Positions 1-9,348 of a DNA stretch of 64,000 bases are shown here, piece by piece. This DNA is from an uncultured Clostridia bacterium (GTDB lineage Bacteria > Bacillota > Clostridia > Christensenellales > CAG-917): positions 9,557 through 73,556 of the forward strand of contig CAUTUX010000005.1 of assembly GCA_963542015.1 (NCBI GenBank). Direction: 5' to 3'. The position numbers and the translations under genes are program-made. The notes beneath the pieces were generated by a model. It ran no database searches. It was not told the origin of the DNA and saw nothing but the letters and a program-made list of their open reading frames with translations. The number at the start of each line of letters is the position of its first letter. The stretch's first letter is position 1.

Positions 1-1
1 A

Positions 2-850
2 AACTATGAAGCGGTCAATATGTATAGGAAATTGGGGGCAAGTAGAGTTGTTCTTGCAAGAGAGTTGTCTTTGAGCGAAATAAAAGAAATCCATGAAAAA
101 TGCGATATTGAGCTTGAAACATTTGTGCATGGAGCAATGTGTGTCGGGATGAGTGGTCGCTGTTTATTGTCAGAATACTTCACAAAGCGAAACGCAAATG
201 CAGGGGCATGTTCACAGCCATGTAGATGGGAATACAAATTGCAAAGAACAGAAAAAGAAGAAGGCATCTTCATTGAAGAAGATGATAGGGGCACCTATTT
301 TTTTAATAGCAAAGACTTGCGACTAATTGATTATTTAAAAGATATGGTCGACGCTGGAGTGTACTCGTTTAAAGTTGAAGGCAGAATGAAAAGTGAATTT
401 TATGTAGCGACTGTTGCCATTGCATATAGAAAGGCAATAGACGATTTACTAAGAGATGGAAAGATTGAAAAATTAAATGAGTATAAAAGAGAACTTGAAA
501 CAATAGCTCACAGAGATTATACGACAGCATATGCATTGGGAGAAAATCAAGACACGATATATCCAAAAAAAGGGCAAATTGAGGAAAGTGAAATCTTTAT
601 TGCAAAAGTTTTCGGAGAAGAAAATGGCATGACATTAGTAGAGATGAGAAATAGATTTGTAGAAAATGATGAGATTAGCGTTTTGTCTCCAAACGAATAT
701 TGCTATAGCAAAACAAGGGTTCAAGAGATATGGAATACAGATGGAGAAAGAGTACAAGATGCGAAGCTAGTTCAAGCAAAATATCTTTTAAAAACAGACA
801 TAAAATTGCAAGAGGGAGATATCCTAAGTAGACATAGACAACCCAGTTAA
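2..850 (+). CDS. Peptidase U32 family protein, C-terminal portion (5' end outside window)
   Basis: Frame is open from the window edge. The LARELSLSEIKEI...FVHGAMCVGMSGRC...CSQPCRW block is the conserved core of U32 (PrtC/YhbU/TrhP-like) proteins. Confidence 0.8.
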   Translation, partial: NYEAVNMYRKLGASRVVLARELSLSEIKEIHEKCDIELETFVHGAMCVGMSGRCLLSEYFTKRNANAGACSQPCRWEYKLQRTEKEEGIFIEEDDRGTYFFNSKDLRLIDYLKDMVDAGVYSFKVEGRMKSEFYVATVAIAYRKAIDDLLRDGKIEKLNEYKRELETIAHRDYTTAYALGENQDTIYPKKGQIEESEIFIAKVFGEENGMTLVEMRNRFVENDEISVLSPNEYCYSKTRVQEIWNTDGERVQDAKLVQAKYLLKTDIKLQEGDILSRHRQPS

Positions 851-989
851 ATTGACACATAAGGTCTTTATATATCATTATATTATTTACTTACTTAGAC
901 ATTTTGCCGAGAAGAGGCAAAGCCGTTTGTAGTCAATGCGTAACTACAAAGAAACAGAGAAGTAACGACTCAATACTTAGAGGAGAAAT

Positions 990-2885
990 ATGGAAGAAAA
1001 AAAACGAAGAATATTTATTCCGACAATTATAATCGCAGTAGCGGTAATTATTGGAATATTGCTAGCAATGAACCTGTTAGGACCAAAAAAAATAAATTAT
1101 GCGGGAAGTGACAAGTCATTTGAACAGCTAGTAAAAAACACAGCAGCGAATGCTGAAAATAAAGAAAAAATAGAGAATATTTTAATTGAAGGATACAAAC
1201 TAAAAATAAGGCTGGTTGGTTCTAATGGAAGAACATATACATATTACACAGTTGTTCCACATAGAACATCTTTAACTGAAGATATAAACAGATGGGCTAA
1301 AGAAGTTAATTCTGAAGCACCGACGAATGGAAATATAAAAGCAGTTGAATATAGCAATCCATCTAGGGGAGCTGCTCTCACAGCATTGATTTCACCATTG
1401 ATAACATTTGCATTGCTCATAATTCTATACATCATTTTTATGAAAAAATCTGGGGCAATGGGAAGTAAGGCTATGGGTTTTGGGAAAACAAAAACCAATG
1501 TAGTTAAAGATGTGAAGACAAGGTTTAGTGATGTAGCCGGAGCAGATGAAGAAAAAGAAGAAGTTGCAGAGATAGTTGAGTTTCTTAAAAACCCTAAGAA
1601 ATTTACGGAAATTGGAGCAAGAATTCCTAAGGGGGTATTGCTAGTAGGTCCTCCAGGCACAGGTAAAACATTATTGGCAAGAGCAGTTGCAGGTGAAGCA
1701 AATGTTCCATTTTTCTCAATGTCGGGTTCAGATTTCGTAGAAGTATTCGTTGGGGTGGGTGCATCGAGAGTAAGAGATTTGTTTGATCAGGCAAAGAAAA
1801 ACATGCCATGTATAATTTTCATAGATGAAATAGATGCTGTTGGAAGACAACGTGGAACAGGACTTGGTGGCGGTAACGACGAAAGAGAACAGACATTAAA
1901 TCAGTTGCTCGTAAATATGGATGGATTTGATTCAAATACAAACATCATAGTAATAGCAGCAACCAACAGAGCAGATGTTCTTGATCCAGCATTATTGAGA
2001 CCAGGTCGTTTCGATAGACAAGTATATATAAGCTTGCCAGACGTTAAAGGGAGAGAAGCAATAATTAGGCTACATGCAAGAAATAAGGCAATAGATGGGA
2101 AAGTAGACTTTAGAAAGTTAGCAAGACTTACAGCAGGATTTTCTGGAGCAGATATTGAGAACATGTTAAATGAAGCAGCAATATTAGTAGCTAGAGCAAA
2201 TAGAAGACTTATAACTGAAAACGACATTGCAGAAGCTATTAACAAGGTTACAACAGGACCAGCAAAGAAAAGCAGACTTGTAACGGAAAATGATAAAAAG
2301 ATAACAGCGTATCATGAAAGTGGACACGCTGTAGTTGGAAAGATTTTAGACAAGACAGCGAACATTCAAGAAGTAAGCATAATCCCAAGAGGTATGGCCG
2401 CTGGCTATACAATCGTTACGCCAAACAATGACGACAATCATGTCTCGAAGACACAGCTTATGAATAAGATAACCACATTGCTTGCAGGGAGAGCGGCAGA
2501 AGAGGTATTTATAGACGATATTTCAACAGGTGCATCAAACGATATTCAGAGAGCATCTAAGATTGCAAGAAAGATGATAACAGAATGGGGTATGTCATCT
2601 AAATTGGGTACAATTTTCTTAGGGAGTAGCGAAGAAGTATTCCTTGGAAGAGATTATCAAACCAAGACAGAATACTCAGAAGCGATGGCAACAGAAATCG
2701 ATGAAGAGATAAAGAAGATTATAGATGCACAGTATGCAATCGCACTAAAGACAATAAAAGAAAATAAAGTCGTTATAGAAAAGATGGTTGAGATATTGTA
2801 TGAGAGAGAAACAATATATTCAGACGAAATAGAAAAATTAATTGATGAGTTCGGTAAAAGACCAGAAGAGGTTATGAAGAAATGA
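990..2885 (+). CDS. ftsH: ATP-dependent zinc metalloprotease FtsH
   Basis: Two N-terminal TM segments, Walker A GPPGTGKT, Walker B IIFIDEID, Zn-protease motif HESGHAV. SD AGAGGAG lies upstream of the ATG. Confidence 0.97.
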   Translation: MEEKKRRIFIPTIIIAVAVIIGILLAMNLLGPKKINYAGSDKSFEQLVKNTAANAENKEKIENILIEGYKLKIRLVGSNGRTYTYYTVVPHRTSLTEDINRWAKEVNSEAPTNGNIKAVEYSNPSRGAALTALISPLITFALLIILYIIFMKKSGAMGSKAMGFGKTKTNVVKDVKTRFSDVAGADEEKEEVAEIVEFLKNPKKFTEIGARIPKGVLLVGPPGTGKTLLARAVAGEANVPFFSMSGSDFVEVFVGVGASRVRDLFDQAKKNMPCIIFIDEIDAVGRQRGTGLGGGNDEREQTLNQLLVNMDGFDSNTNIIVIAATNRADVLDPALLRPGRFDRQVYISLPDVKGREAIIRLHARNKAIDGKVDFRKLARLTAGFSGADIENMLNEAAILVARANRRLITENDIAEAINKVTTGPAKKSRLVTENDKKITAYHESGHAVVGKILDKTANIQEVSIIPRGMAAGYTIVTPNNDDNHVSKTQLMNKITTLLAGRAAEEVFIDDISTGASNDIQRASKIARKMITEWGMSSKLGTIFLGSSEEVFLGRDYQTKTEYSEAMATEIDEEIKKIIDAQYAIALKTIKENKVVIEKMVEILYERETIYSDEIEKLIDEFGKRPEEVMKK

Positions 2886-3568
2886 ATATCCGCCAAAAGA
2901 TGAAACTGGATCTTGATACAATAATGGAAAAAGATCCTGCGGCGACAACAAGATATCTTGTAAAGAGAACATACTCAGGATATAAAGCATTGTGTGCATA
3001 TAGACGTGCACACGAGCTTTATTTAAAAGGGCACAAGACATTAGCATTTTTAATTTCAGCAAGAGCTAAGAGAAGAACTGGAGCAGAAATACATCCTGCA
3101 GCAAAGATAGGGGACAGAATTTTTATAGACCACGCTACAGGACTAGTCATCGGAGAAACCGCTGTAGTTGGGGATAATTGTGTATTATATCAAGGAGTAA
3201 CCCTTGGGGGGACAGGGAAAGAAACGGGACAAAGACACCCAATACTTGAAGACGGAGTTATGGTATCTTCTGGAGCTAAAATTCTTGGACCAGTCAGAAT
3301 AGGTGCTAACAGCAAAATAGGTGCTGGGAGCGTAGTTTTAAAAGATGTGCCAAAAAACTCAACAGTGGTGGGAGTCCCAGGACGACTTGTAAGACAAGAT
3401 GGGAAGAAAATTATTGAAATGGATCAATTTGTTCCAGATCCAGTTGTGGAATGCTTTGAAAGGATTGAAAAAAGATTGGCACAAATTGAAAGCAAATTAA
3501 ATATTGAACATAAGACAGACGCATTTTTAACAGATAATAAGAGTGAAAAGAACAATGAAAATATATAA
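2882..3568 (+). CDS. cysE: Serine O-acetyltransferase
   Basis: SATase N-terminal helical region (DPAATTRY...YRRAH) followed by left-handed hexapeptide repeats. The start overlaps the ftsH stop (ATGA). Confidence 0.9.
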   Translation: MNIRQKMKLDLDTIMEKDPAATTRYLVKRTYSGYKALCAYRRAHELYLKGHKTLAFLISARAKRRTGAEIHPAAKIGDRIFIDHATGLVIGETAVVGDNCVLYQGVTLGGTGKETGQRHPILEDGVMVSSGAKILGPVRIGANSKIGAGSVVLKDVPKNSTVVGVPGRLVRQDGKKIIEMDQFVPDPVVECFERIEKRLAQIESKLNIEHKTDAFLTDNKSEKNNENI

Positions 3569-4934
3569 TACCCTTAGCGGTAAAAAAGAAGAATTCATAC
3601 CTTTAAAGGATAATAATGTGAAAATGTATGCATGTGGTATCACTGTATCTGGAGATGCACACATAGGACACGCATATCAAGCTTTAATATATGACATTAT
3701 AAGAAAATACTTAGGACTGAAAGGATATAAAGTTCAGTACGCAAGAAACTATACTGACATAGACGATAAGATTATCGCAAAGGCAAAAGAACTTCATGAA
3801 GACCCAATAGATTTTGCAAAGAAAACAATAAGTAGAATTGACAAGGTAATGAAACAATTCAAAGTAGATGAGCCAACGATATGGTTGAGAGCGACCACAA
3901 GTATTGGGAACATTATTTCATTTATATCAGAACTCATAGAAAAAGGACATGCATATAGAACTGAAAATGGAGATGTATACTTTGATGTATTAAGTTATCC
4001 AGGGTATGGGAAATTGTCACATAGAAATATAGAAGATGAGATGGATGGATTTCGTAAAGAAAACGATATCAACAAAAAAAGTCACCTAGATTTTGCATTG
4101 TGGAAAGCAGAAAAAGAAGGAGAAGTTTCATGGGATTCGCCATGGGGCAAAGGTAGACCAGGATGGCACATCGAATGTTCTGCAATGAATAGAGAAGCAT
4201 TTGGAGATGAAATAGATATACACGGCGGGGGAAGAGACTTGATATTTCCGCATCATGAAAATGAGATAGCACAGACTGAAGCACTGACTGGTAAAAGATT
4301 CGCAAAATATTGGATACACAATGGTCTTATAAAAATTAATGGTCAGAAAATGTCAAAGTCTCTAGGGAATACATTGTTGCTTGAAGATTTGCTGAACAAA
4401 TATTCTGATGAAGCCATTAAGTTTGCATTGTTACAAACCAACTATAGAGCAGACATCAACATAACAGATGAATATTTTAAAGTGGCAGAAAAACAACTAG
4501 TGGGATTCTATACTGAAATTGCAAAATATGATTTGGATAAAAAAATAAAAGAAAAGGCACCAGAGGCAATCAGAGAAGAATTTATACAAGCAATGGATGA
4601 CGATTTTAATACAGCCAAAGCAATAGCAAATTTATTTACATTCTTTAAAGAACTTAAGAAAGAACAAGATGAGAACAAAAAAATAGCAAGCATACTAGAA
4701 ATTAAAAAGTTGTATGGCATTCTTGGATTGTTTAGATATGATGCAAAAGAATTTCTTAAAGAGTATGCCAAAGAAGAAAAAGTACCAGAGGAAATAATAA
4801 CGTTAGTACAAAAGCGACAAGATGCGAAACAACAAAAAAATTATGTACTTGCAGATGCAATAAGATCAGAAATAATATCAAAGGGGTATATCCTAAAGGA
4901 CACTAAGGACGGAGTGGAAGTTGAGAAGGCCTAA
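3555..4934 (+). CDS. cysS: Cysteine--tRNA ligase
   Basis: Class I aaRS HIGH-type motif (GDAHIGHAY) and KMSKS. The N-terminus MKIYNTLSGKKEEF fits the family, so ATG 3555 is preferred over the GTG at 3543 in the ORF track. Confidence 0.95.
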   Translation: MKIYNTLSGKKEEFIPLKDNNVKMYACGITVSGDAHIGHAYQALIYDIIRKYLGLKGYKVQYARNYTDIDDKIIAKAKELHEDPIDFAKKTISRIDKVMKQFKVDEPTIWLRATTSIGNIISFISELIEKGHAYRTENGDVYFDVLSYPGYGKLSHRNIEDEMDGFRKENDINKKSHLDFALWKAEKEGEVSWDSPWGKGRPGWHIECSAMNREAFGDEIDIHGGGRDLIFPHHENEIAQTEALTGKRFAKYWIHNGLIKINGQKMSKSLGNTLLLEDLLNKYSDEAIKFALLQTNYRADINITDEYFKVAEKQLVGFYTEIAKYDLDKKIKEKAPEAIREEFIQAMDDDFNTAKAIANLFTFFKELKKEQDENKKIASILEIKKLYGILGLFRYDAKEFLKEYAKEEKVPEEIITLVQKRQDAKQQKNYVLADAIRSEIISKGYILKDTKDGVEVEKA

Positions 4935-5478
4935 AAGTCTTTGAATCACGCACTACAGAAATACACTTGCCAACAATTTGCTTTTGTGAGAAACATCCAA
5001 AGTCTCGGCTATCAGACGAGTTGGATCTGTTATCCCCCAACACAAAAACTTCATTTTTTACAACATGGAATACCGTGTCACCAATAGGAGTGTTTGGAAA
5101 AGTTTTTGTGCCCGGCTTTAAGTATGGTTCATTCAACAATTTACCGTTACGATAAACATTGCCATCTTTTAGTTCAATTGTATCTCCTGGAAGACCGACA
5201 ACTCTTTTTACGATATTAAAATCTTTATCTTTCTTTAGGACAGCAATATCGCCATAAGTAATTTTCTTTTTTGCCAAACTTGAGGTTGCAATATAAAGCT
5301 TATCAAAATTAGTTTTGTTGTTTTTAGTTTTGCCGTGCAGGGTAGGGTACATAGAGAGTCCTTCAACATCATACTTTTCAAAAGCTGTAAATCGGACACA
5401 TGTACCTATACATACAAGTACCGTTATTATGGCGACAATTGAGATAAAAATTGAATAAGCAAGTTTTTTATTTTTCAT
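4903..5478 (-). CDS. lepB: Signal peptidase I
   Basis: N-terminal TM anchor, Ser box GLSMYPTL, Lys box KRVVGLPGD, GDNRSNSSDSR box. Confidence 0.9.
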   Translation of the reverse strand: MKNKKLAYSIFISIVAIITVLVCIGTCVRFTAFEKYDVEGLSMYPTLHGKTKNNKTNFDKLYIATSSLAKKKITYGDIAVLKKDKDFNIVKRVVGLPGDTIELKDGNVYRNGKLLNEPYLKPGTKTFPNTPIGDTVFHVVKNEVFVLGDNRSNSSDSRDFGCFSQKQIVGKCISVVRDSKTFRPSQLPLRP

Positions 5479-5481
5479 AAC

Positions 5482-7143
5482 CTACACAATAAGCAAGTTG
5501 TTAAACAAACAACCGTTTGGATTTTTAATGTAAAAGAGAAAACCATCTGAAATTTTGGACAGAGATCTTCCATCATGATTTTTAAAATCAGAAACTTTAA
5601 ATGTTAATTTTTGCCACAAATCAGATCCAGAAACGCTAGCACTGAAGTAGAAAGTTTCAAGAGTTGGGTAGATACGAATTTCAAAATTCAGGACTTTATT
5701 TTTGTCACTTAAATAATCACAACAAAAAAGAGAGGATGTACTAGTTTCTGGGAGAGAATTAGCTGGTTTAGAAAGATAGAGGTCTCCAGCGAATGTGGTT
5801 ATACCACATATGCCAGAAGTGCTCTGTTTTGTTTGCATAACATTTTCATTAAGTACAATGTCTTTCGTCTCAACATGGAATGGACAGTCATTTAATCTGC
5901 TGTCGTATAGCACATGGTCGAAGTGTATGTTATTCGCATTGCTGTGCTTAATTGCTTGTATAGAAAAAGTGGTGCTTTCAGGAAAACATGAAAGAACACA
6001 TCCATCTTCAAAAGTCAAAGTTGCGAAGCAAAATACTGGAACATCTTTATGCTCTACAGCAACAGGAAGAGATGTTTCAGTGTTTGTGACAGTACAGCTT
6101 TCTTTATTCCAAACTGTGCTAATGAGCATATCAGTGTCGGATGCAGAGAAAACATCAACTTTCACAAAAGGTTTTGAAGATTGGATATCGTATAGTAGCG
6201 AATCGCCTGAAGTCTCAAAAGATGTTTTTACGACGGGTTGTTCAATAGCAGTGCTAGCACAGTGATGTTTTAGCCATAACAGCATGTACTCAAAACAAGG
6301 ACCGCTCAATTGATTACCCAAACTATTTTCAATTAACAGCTGTTTATTTTTTGACGCTGCAGTTGCAAATATCTGTTTGGCATAGGCAAGAGGGTAATAC
6401 TGAGAATTGGTAAATGGGATAAATAATAGATCTGCATTTAAACATTTTGCATAAGTTTCAGCACTTATACCCGCAGCGAAACATGTGTTTTCTTCTTCGG
6501 AATCAAAACCATTGTTTGAGATATTTTTCTTCCAGACAAAACCACCGCCACCAATAGGAACAATAGCAGAAACAGTTTTGTTTAAGCCTCCGATTATCCA
6601 TGCTAAATCGGCACCAGTTTCAAAACCGATAATAGATATTTTTTCAAAATCAACAACAGGGCTGGTCTTTAAAACAGGGAATGCTCGCTTAATAACATAT
6701 GCCCATTGATACCACGCTGTGTCTTTTACAGAATTCCCATTGATTGACCCAATGTGCTGTATATGATTTGGGAATTGTGCATAATCTAGTGAATCTGGAT
6801 ATTTAGTGGTGAAGGCGTCTTCATGGAGAGATCCAGCATAATCGAGAATACACACACAGTTGCCATCCTTAGCAAGGCGTTCGATTAATGATGAATAGTC
6901 TGGATTATATCCCGCATTAGGCAAGATAATCATTAGCGGTCTTTTGCCCTCAAACGATTCGTCGTAGTGAAGCTTTAGATATGCTCGTACACGATCGTTG
7001 TTATCCATAGTTGGAGTATAACAAAGTGAGATTGTTGTAATGCCGTCACGAGTATCTTTAGAAAGAATGGATGTCTCAAGAGAGTAATTTTCAGTGTCAA
7101 ATGACTCCCAAACTTGCATTGGTGTCAATAGCTCAAAACCCAT
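5482..7143 (-). CDS. Hypothetical protein: N-terminal alpha/beta-hydrolase-like region without a canonical GxSxG, plus a beta-rich C-terminal region
   Basis: Long uninterrupted ORF. Patterns RPLMIILPNAGYN...CILDYAG...ISIIGFETGADLAW...PIGGGGF resemble AXE1/dienelactone-hydrolase-type folds. The start is ambiguous (ATG 7143 or TTG 7188) and no clear SD is present. Confidence 0.5.
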   Translation of the reverse strand: MGFELLTPMQVWESFDTENYSLETSILSKDTRDGITTISLCYTPTMDNNDRVRAYLKLHYDESFEGKRPLMIILPNAGYNPDYSSLIERLAKDGNCVCILDYAGSLHEDAFTTKYPDSLDYAQFPNHIQHIGSINGNSVKDTAWYQWAYVIKRAFPVLKTSPVVDFEKISIIGFETGADLAWIIGGLNKTVSAIVPIGGGGFVWKKNISNNGFDSEEENTCFAAGISAETYAKCLNADLLFIPFTNSQYYPLAYAKQIFATAASKNKQLLIENSLGNQLSGPCFEYMLLWLKHHCASTAIEQPVVKTSFETSGDSLLYDIQSSKPFVKVDVFSASDTDMLISTVWNKESCTVTNTETSLPVAVEHKDVPVFCFATLTFEDGCVLSCFPESTTFSIQAIKHSNANNIHFDHVLYDSRLNDCPFHVETKDIVLNENVMQTKQSTSGICGITTFAGDLYLSKPANSLPETSTSSLFCCDYLSDKNKVLNFEIRIYPTLETFYFSASVSGSDLWQKLTFKVSDFKNHDGRSLSKISDGFLFYIKNPNGCLFNNLLIV

Positions 7144-7242
7144 GCGATAATTATACCGAAGGTTAAGTTTATAGTAAAGAAATGCCAATTGACTTGGTGT
7201 GCAAAATTGACAGTTAAGTTTAGTAGTATTAACATATTTGCA

Positions 7243-8325
7243 ATGGGAAAACTAATATTAAACAGAAGAAAAGATAGTGACAGACGACTGACTACAGTGG
7301 TAGCCATATTGTCAATAGTGGTAACTTTATACATCTTATTTATGAGTTGTTCTTTTGTAAAGACAAGCCACGCAGAAGAAGCATTTAAATATCAATTAGC
7401 AAAAAACCAACTATTTGGTGAGGCGTTGAAAAGAGAAGGAATGGTTAGGAAAGCCTTTGAAATAGACATGTTTCTTGAAAGCGTAGAAGACAACGGATAT
7501 CTTTTATACAGTGTAGTTAAAACAAGGTCATACAAGATTGAATTATCAGGGAAAGAACTTTTAACACAAAAAGTAGGCACTGACGGTGAAAAGAGCGTAT
7601 ACGCTACATACCTTGACAGAAATCACATAGATAAAAACTTTAAAGCAAAACTATATGTTCAGGAAATGCACAAGAATATGGATTTTGAATTTAAAGTGAT
7701 AGATAGAGTAGGAACAAAGAAAATACCAGATAAATTTACAAAAGCAGTACATAACCCAAATAGACCAGTAGATGGACGCACATATACTTTTATAACACAA
7801 GCGGGAGAACTGGTAGAAACAAGACATGACATAAAAATTGACAATTATAGCAAGATTAAATTCAACAAATTTCCAGTGTCGGCAGAATCAAAAAAACCAG
7901 GTGGAGAAAATAAAACATTTGGCATAAGATACACCTTGATAACAGATTCAGAAAAAAAATATGACGACTTAGAAGAGCTTAAAGCAGATATAAAGAAGAT
8001 AGATGCAAAGCAAGTAAAAAGACTTGAGGTTAGGTTTTCGCCAATCTTCAAAGGGAAAGAAAAGTATGCGAATATTACATACTCGTATGTATATGATAAA
8101 AACGCAGATGGAGAAGAGCTACAACAAGAAAAAGAAAACACTTTAGGGAAAGAACCGTTGAGTAAAATGGAAAAAGGAATCATTGGCCTTGTAGTGGGAA
8201 TTATAGTGATTGTCATAGCAGTATCAGTAGGGGTAGCTGTCCCATTAGTGCTTAAAAGAAAGAAGGCAAAAGAGGTTGCAATTGCTGAGGATGAATCTAA
8301 AAGCAGTGGGGATTCTTTAGATTAA
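7243..8325 (+). CDS. Hypothetical secreted/type-I membrane protein (signal peptide, C-terminal TM, acidic tail)
   Basis: N-terminal hydrophobic segment ending SHA/EE. C-terminal TM GIIGLVVGIIVIVIAVSVGVAVPLVL followed by KRKKAKE and an acidic tail. The start is uncertain (ATG 7243 preferred over TTG 7189). Confidence 0.6.
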   Translation: MGKLILNRRKDSDRRLTTVVAILSIVVTLYILFMSCSFVKTSHAEEAFKYQLAKNQLFGEALKREGMVRKAFEIDMFLESVEDNGYLLYSVVKTRSYKIELSGKELLTQKVGTDGEKSVYATYLDRNHIDKNFKAKLYVQEMHKNMDFEFKVIDRVGTKKIPDKFTKAVHNPNRPVDGRTYTFITQAGELVETRHDIKIDNYSKIKFNKFPVSAESKKPGGENKTFGIRYTLITDSEKKYDDLEELKADIKKIDAKQVKRLEVRFSPIFKGKEKYANITYSYVYDKNADGEELQQEKENTLGKEPLSKMEKGIIGLVVGIIVIVIAVSVGVAVPLVLKRKKAKEVAIAEDESKSSGDSLD

Positions 8326-8494
8326 ACAGCATAGCTAAAAAAACAATATAAAAAACGCCTATTTTTAAAGGGCAATATTGCCAGGAATAGAAAGTCAATT
8401 TTTGCTGTTGAGAGTCTACTTAACTACTTAGCAAAAAAATCAAAATAAAGCACAAAATACAGCGTTAAAAGACGAGTTTCGGCAAAAACCAATA

Positions 8495-8524
8495 TTGACT
8501 TTAACTCTGTACATTCTTTAAAAT
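8495..8524 (+). promoter_or_regulatory. Candidate sigma-A promoter of the 8556 gene
   Basis: TTGACT (8495-8500), 18-nt spacer, TAAAAT (8519-8524). Confidence 0.35.
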
Positions 8525-8555
8525 TATATATATCTAAATAAATAGGGGGAAACAA

Positions 8556-9338
8556 ATGGATAGCATAACAAAGGCTAGAATTAATTTATTTGCAGTGCTA
8601 AGAAATTTAGAAGATTTGTGTGCACTCGATGTTGAATCACAAAAAATCATAAAAGATTCAAACATTGGAATAGAGTTTCATGTTCCAGAGGTAGGAAGAG
8701 GAATCATTGAGTTTAGACATGGCAAATGCAAATTTACAAGAGTAATCGATGGGAAAAAGCATGGAGCAAGAGCGGGACTGCAATTGTTCTTTACATCGCC
8801 TGAACACTTCAACAAGTTGATCGATGGCGAAAAGACTGCACCTATTTTCTACAACATATTTGCGGTAGGATTCTTGTTAAAACAGTTTACTCAATTGACC
8901 AACAGGTTGACATATTTCTTGCAACCTAAGCCAGAAGAAAAAGAAGAACTATTGAAGGATGAAACATATTTTAAGATAAATACAACATTAACAGCATATA
9001 CAGCATTCTTTGCAATGGCAGAAATTGCAAACAGCGATTTCGTCGGAAGGGCGATAGCGAGGAGAATGCCAGACTGCAAATTGCAATGCGGAGTTGAAGA
9101 TGGATTTAAAATGACAGTAGCAGTAAAGCAACACGAAATGACAGTAACTAAAGGTGGAACGGATGAGTGGAATGCAGAAATGATATTTGCAGATTTAGAA
9201 TTTGCACATGATCTGCTGAACGGAAAAACATCAAGCTTCACAGGAATGGGCACTGGTAAATTTAAAGTAAGAGGTGCTGTTGAAATACTTGAGCAGATGG
9301 CTAAGCTATTAAGTCAAGTAGGAATATACTTAGGTTAG
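8556..9338 (+). CDS. Hypothetical protein, possibly SCP2/sterol-carrier-like fold
   Basis: Strong SD (TAGGGGGA) before the ATG. The C-terminal pattern LLNGKTSSFTGMGTGKFKVRGAVEILEQM resembles SCP2-type domains. Distantly resembles the 12058-12978 product. Confidence 0.55.
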   Translation: MDSITKARINLFAVLRNLEDLCALDVESQKIIKDSNIGIEFHVPEVGRGIIEFRHGKCKFTRVIDGKKHGARAGLQLFFTSPEHFNKLIDGEKTAPIFYNIFAVGFLLKQFTQLTNRLTYFLQPKPEEKEELLKDETYFKINTTLTAYTAFFAMAEIANSDFVGRAIARRMPDCKLQCGVEDGFKMTVAVKQHEMTVTKGGTDEWNAEMIFADLEFAHDLLNGKTSSFTGMGTGKFKVRGAVEILEQMAKLLSQVGIYLG

Positions 9339-9348
9339 GGAGGAAAAC

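Noticed and set aside
2700-3000. T-box or other riboswitch control of cysE-cysS, as in Bacillus.
   Set aside because: cysE overlaps the ftsH stop codon (ATGA) and cysS overlaps or abuts cysE, so there is no leader space.
8371-8382. Perfect 12-bp palindrome GGCAATATTGCC downstream of the 378-aa gene.
   Set aside because: It is an isolated single copy with no loop for a hairpin and no adjacent T-tract or promoter. There is insufficient evidence for any function.
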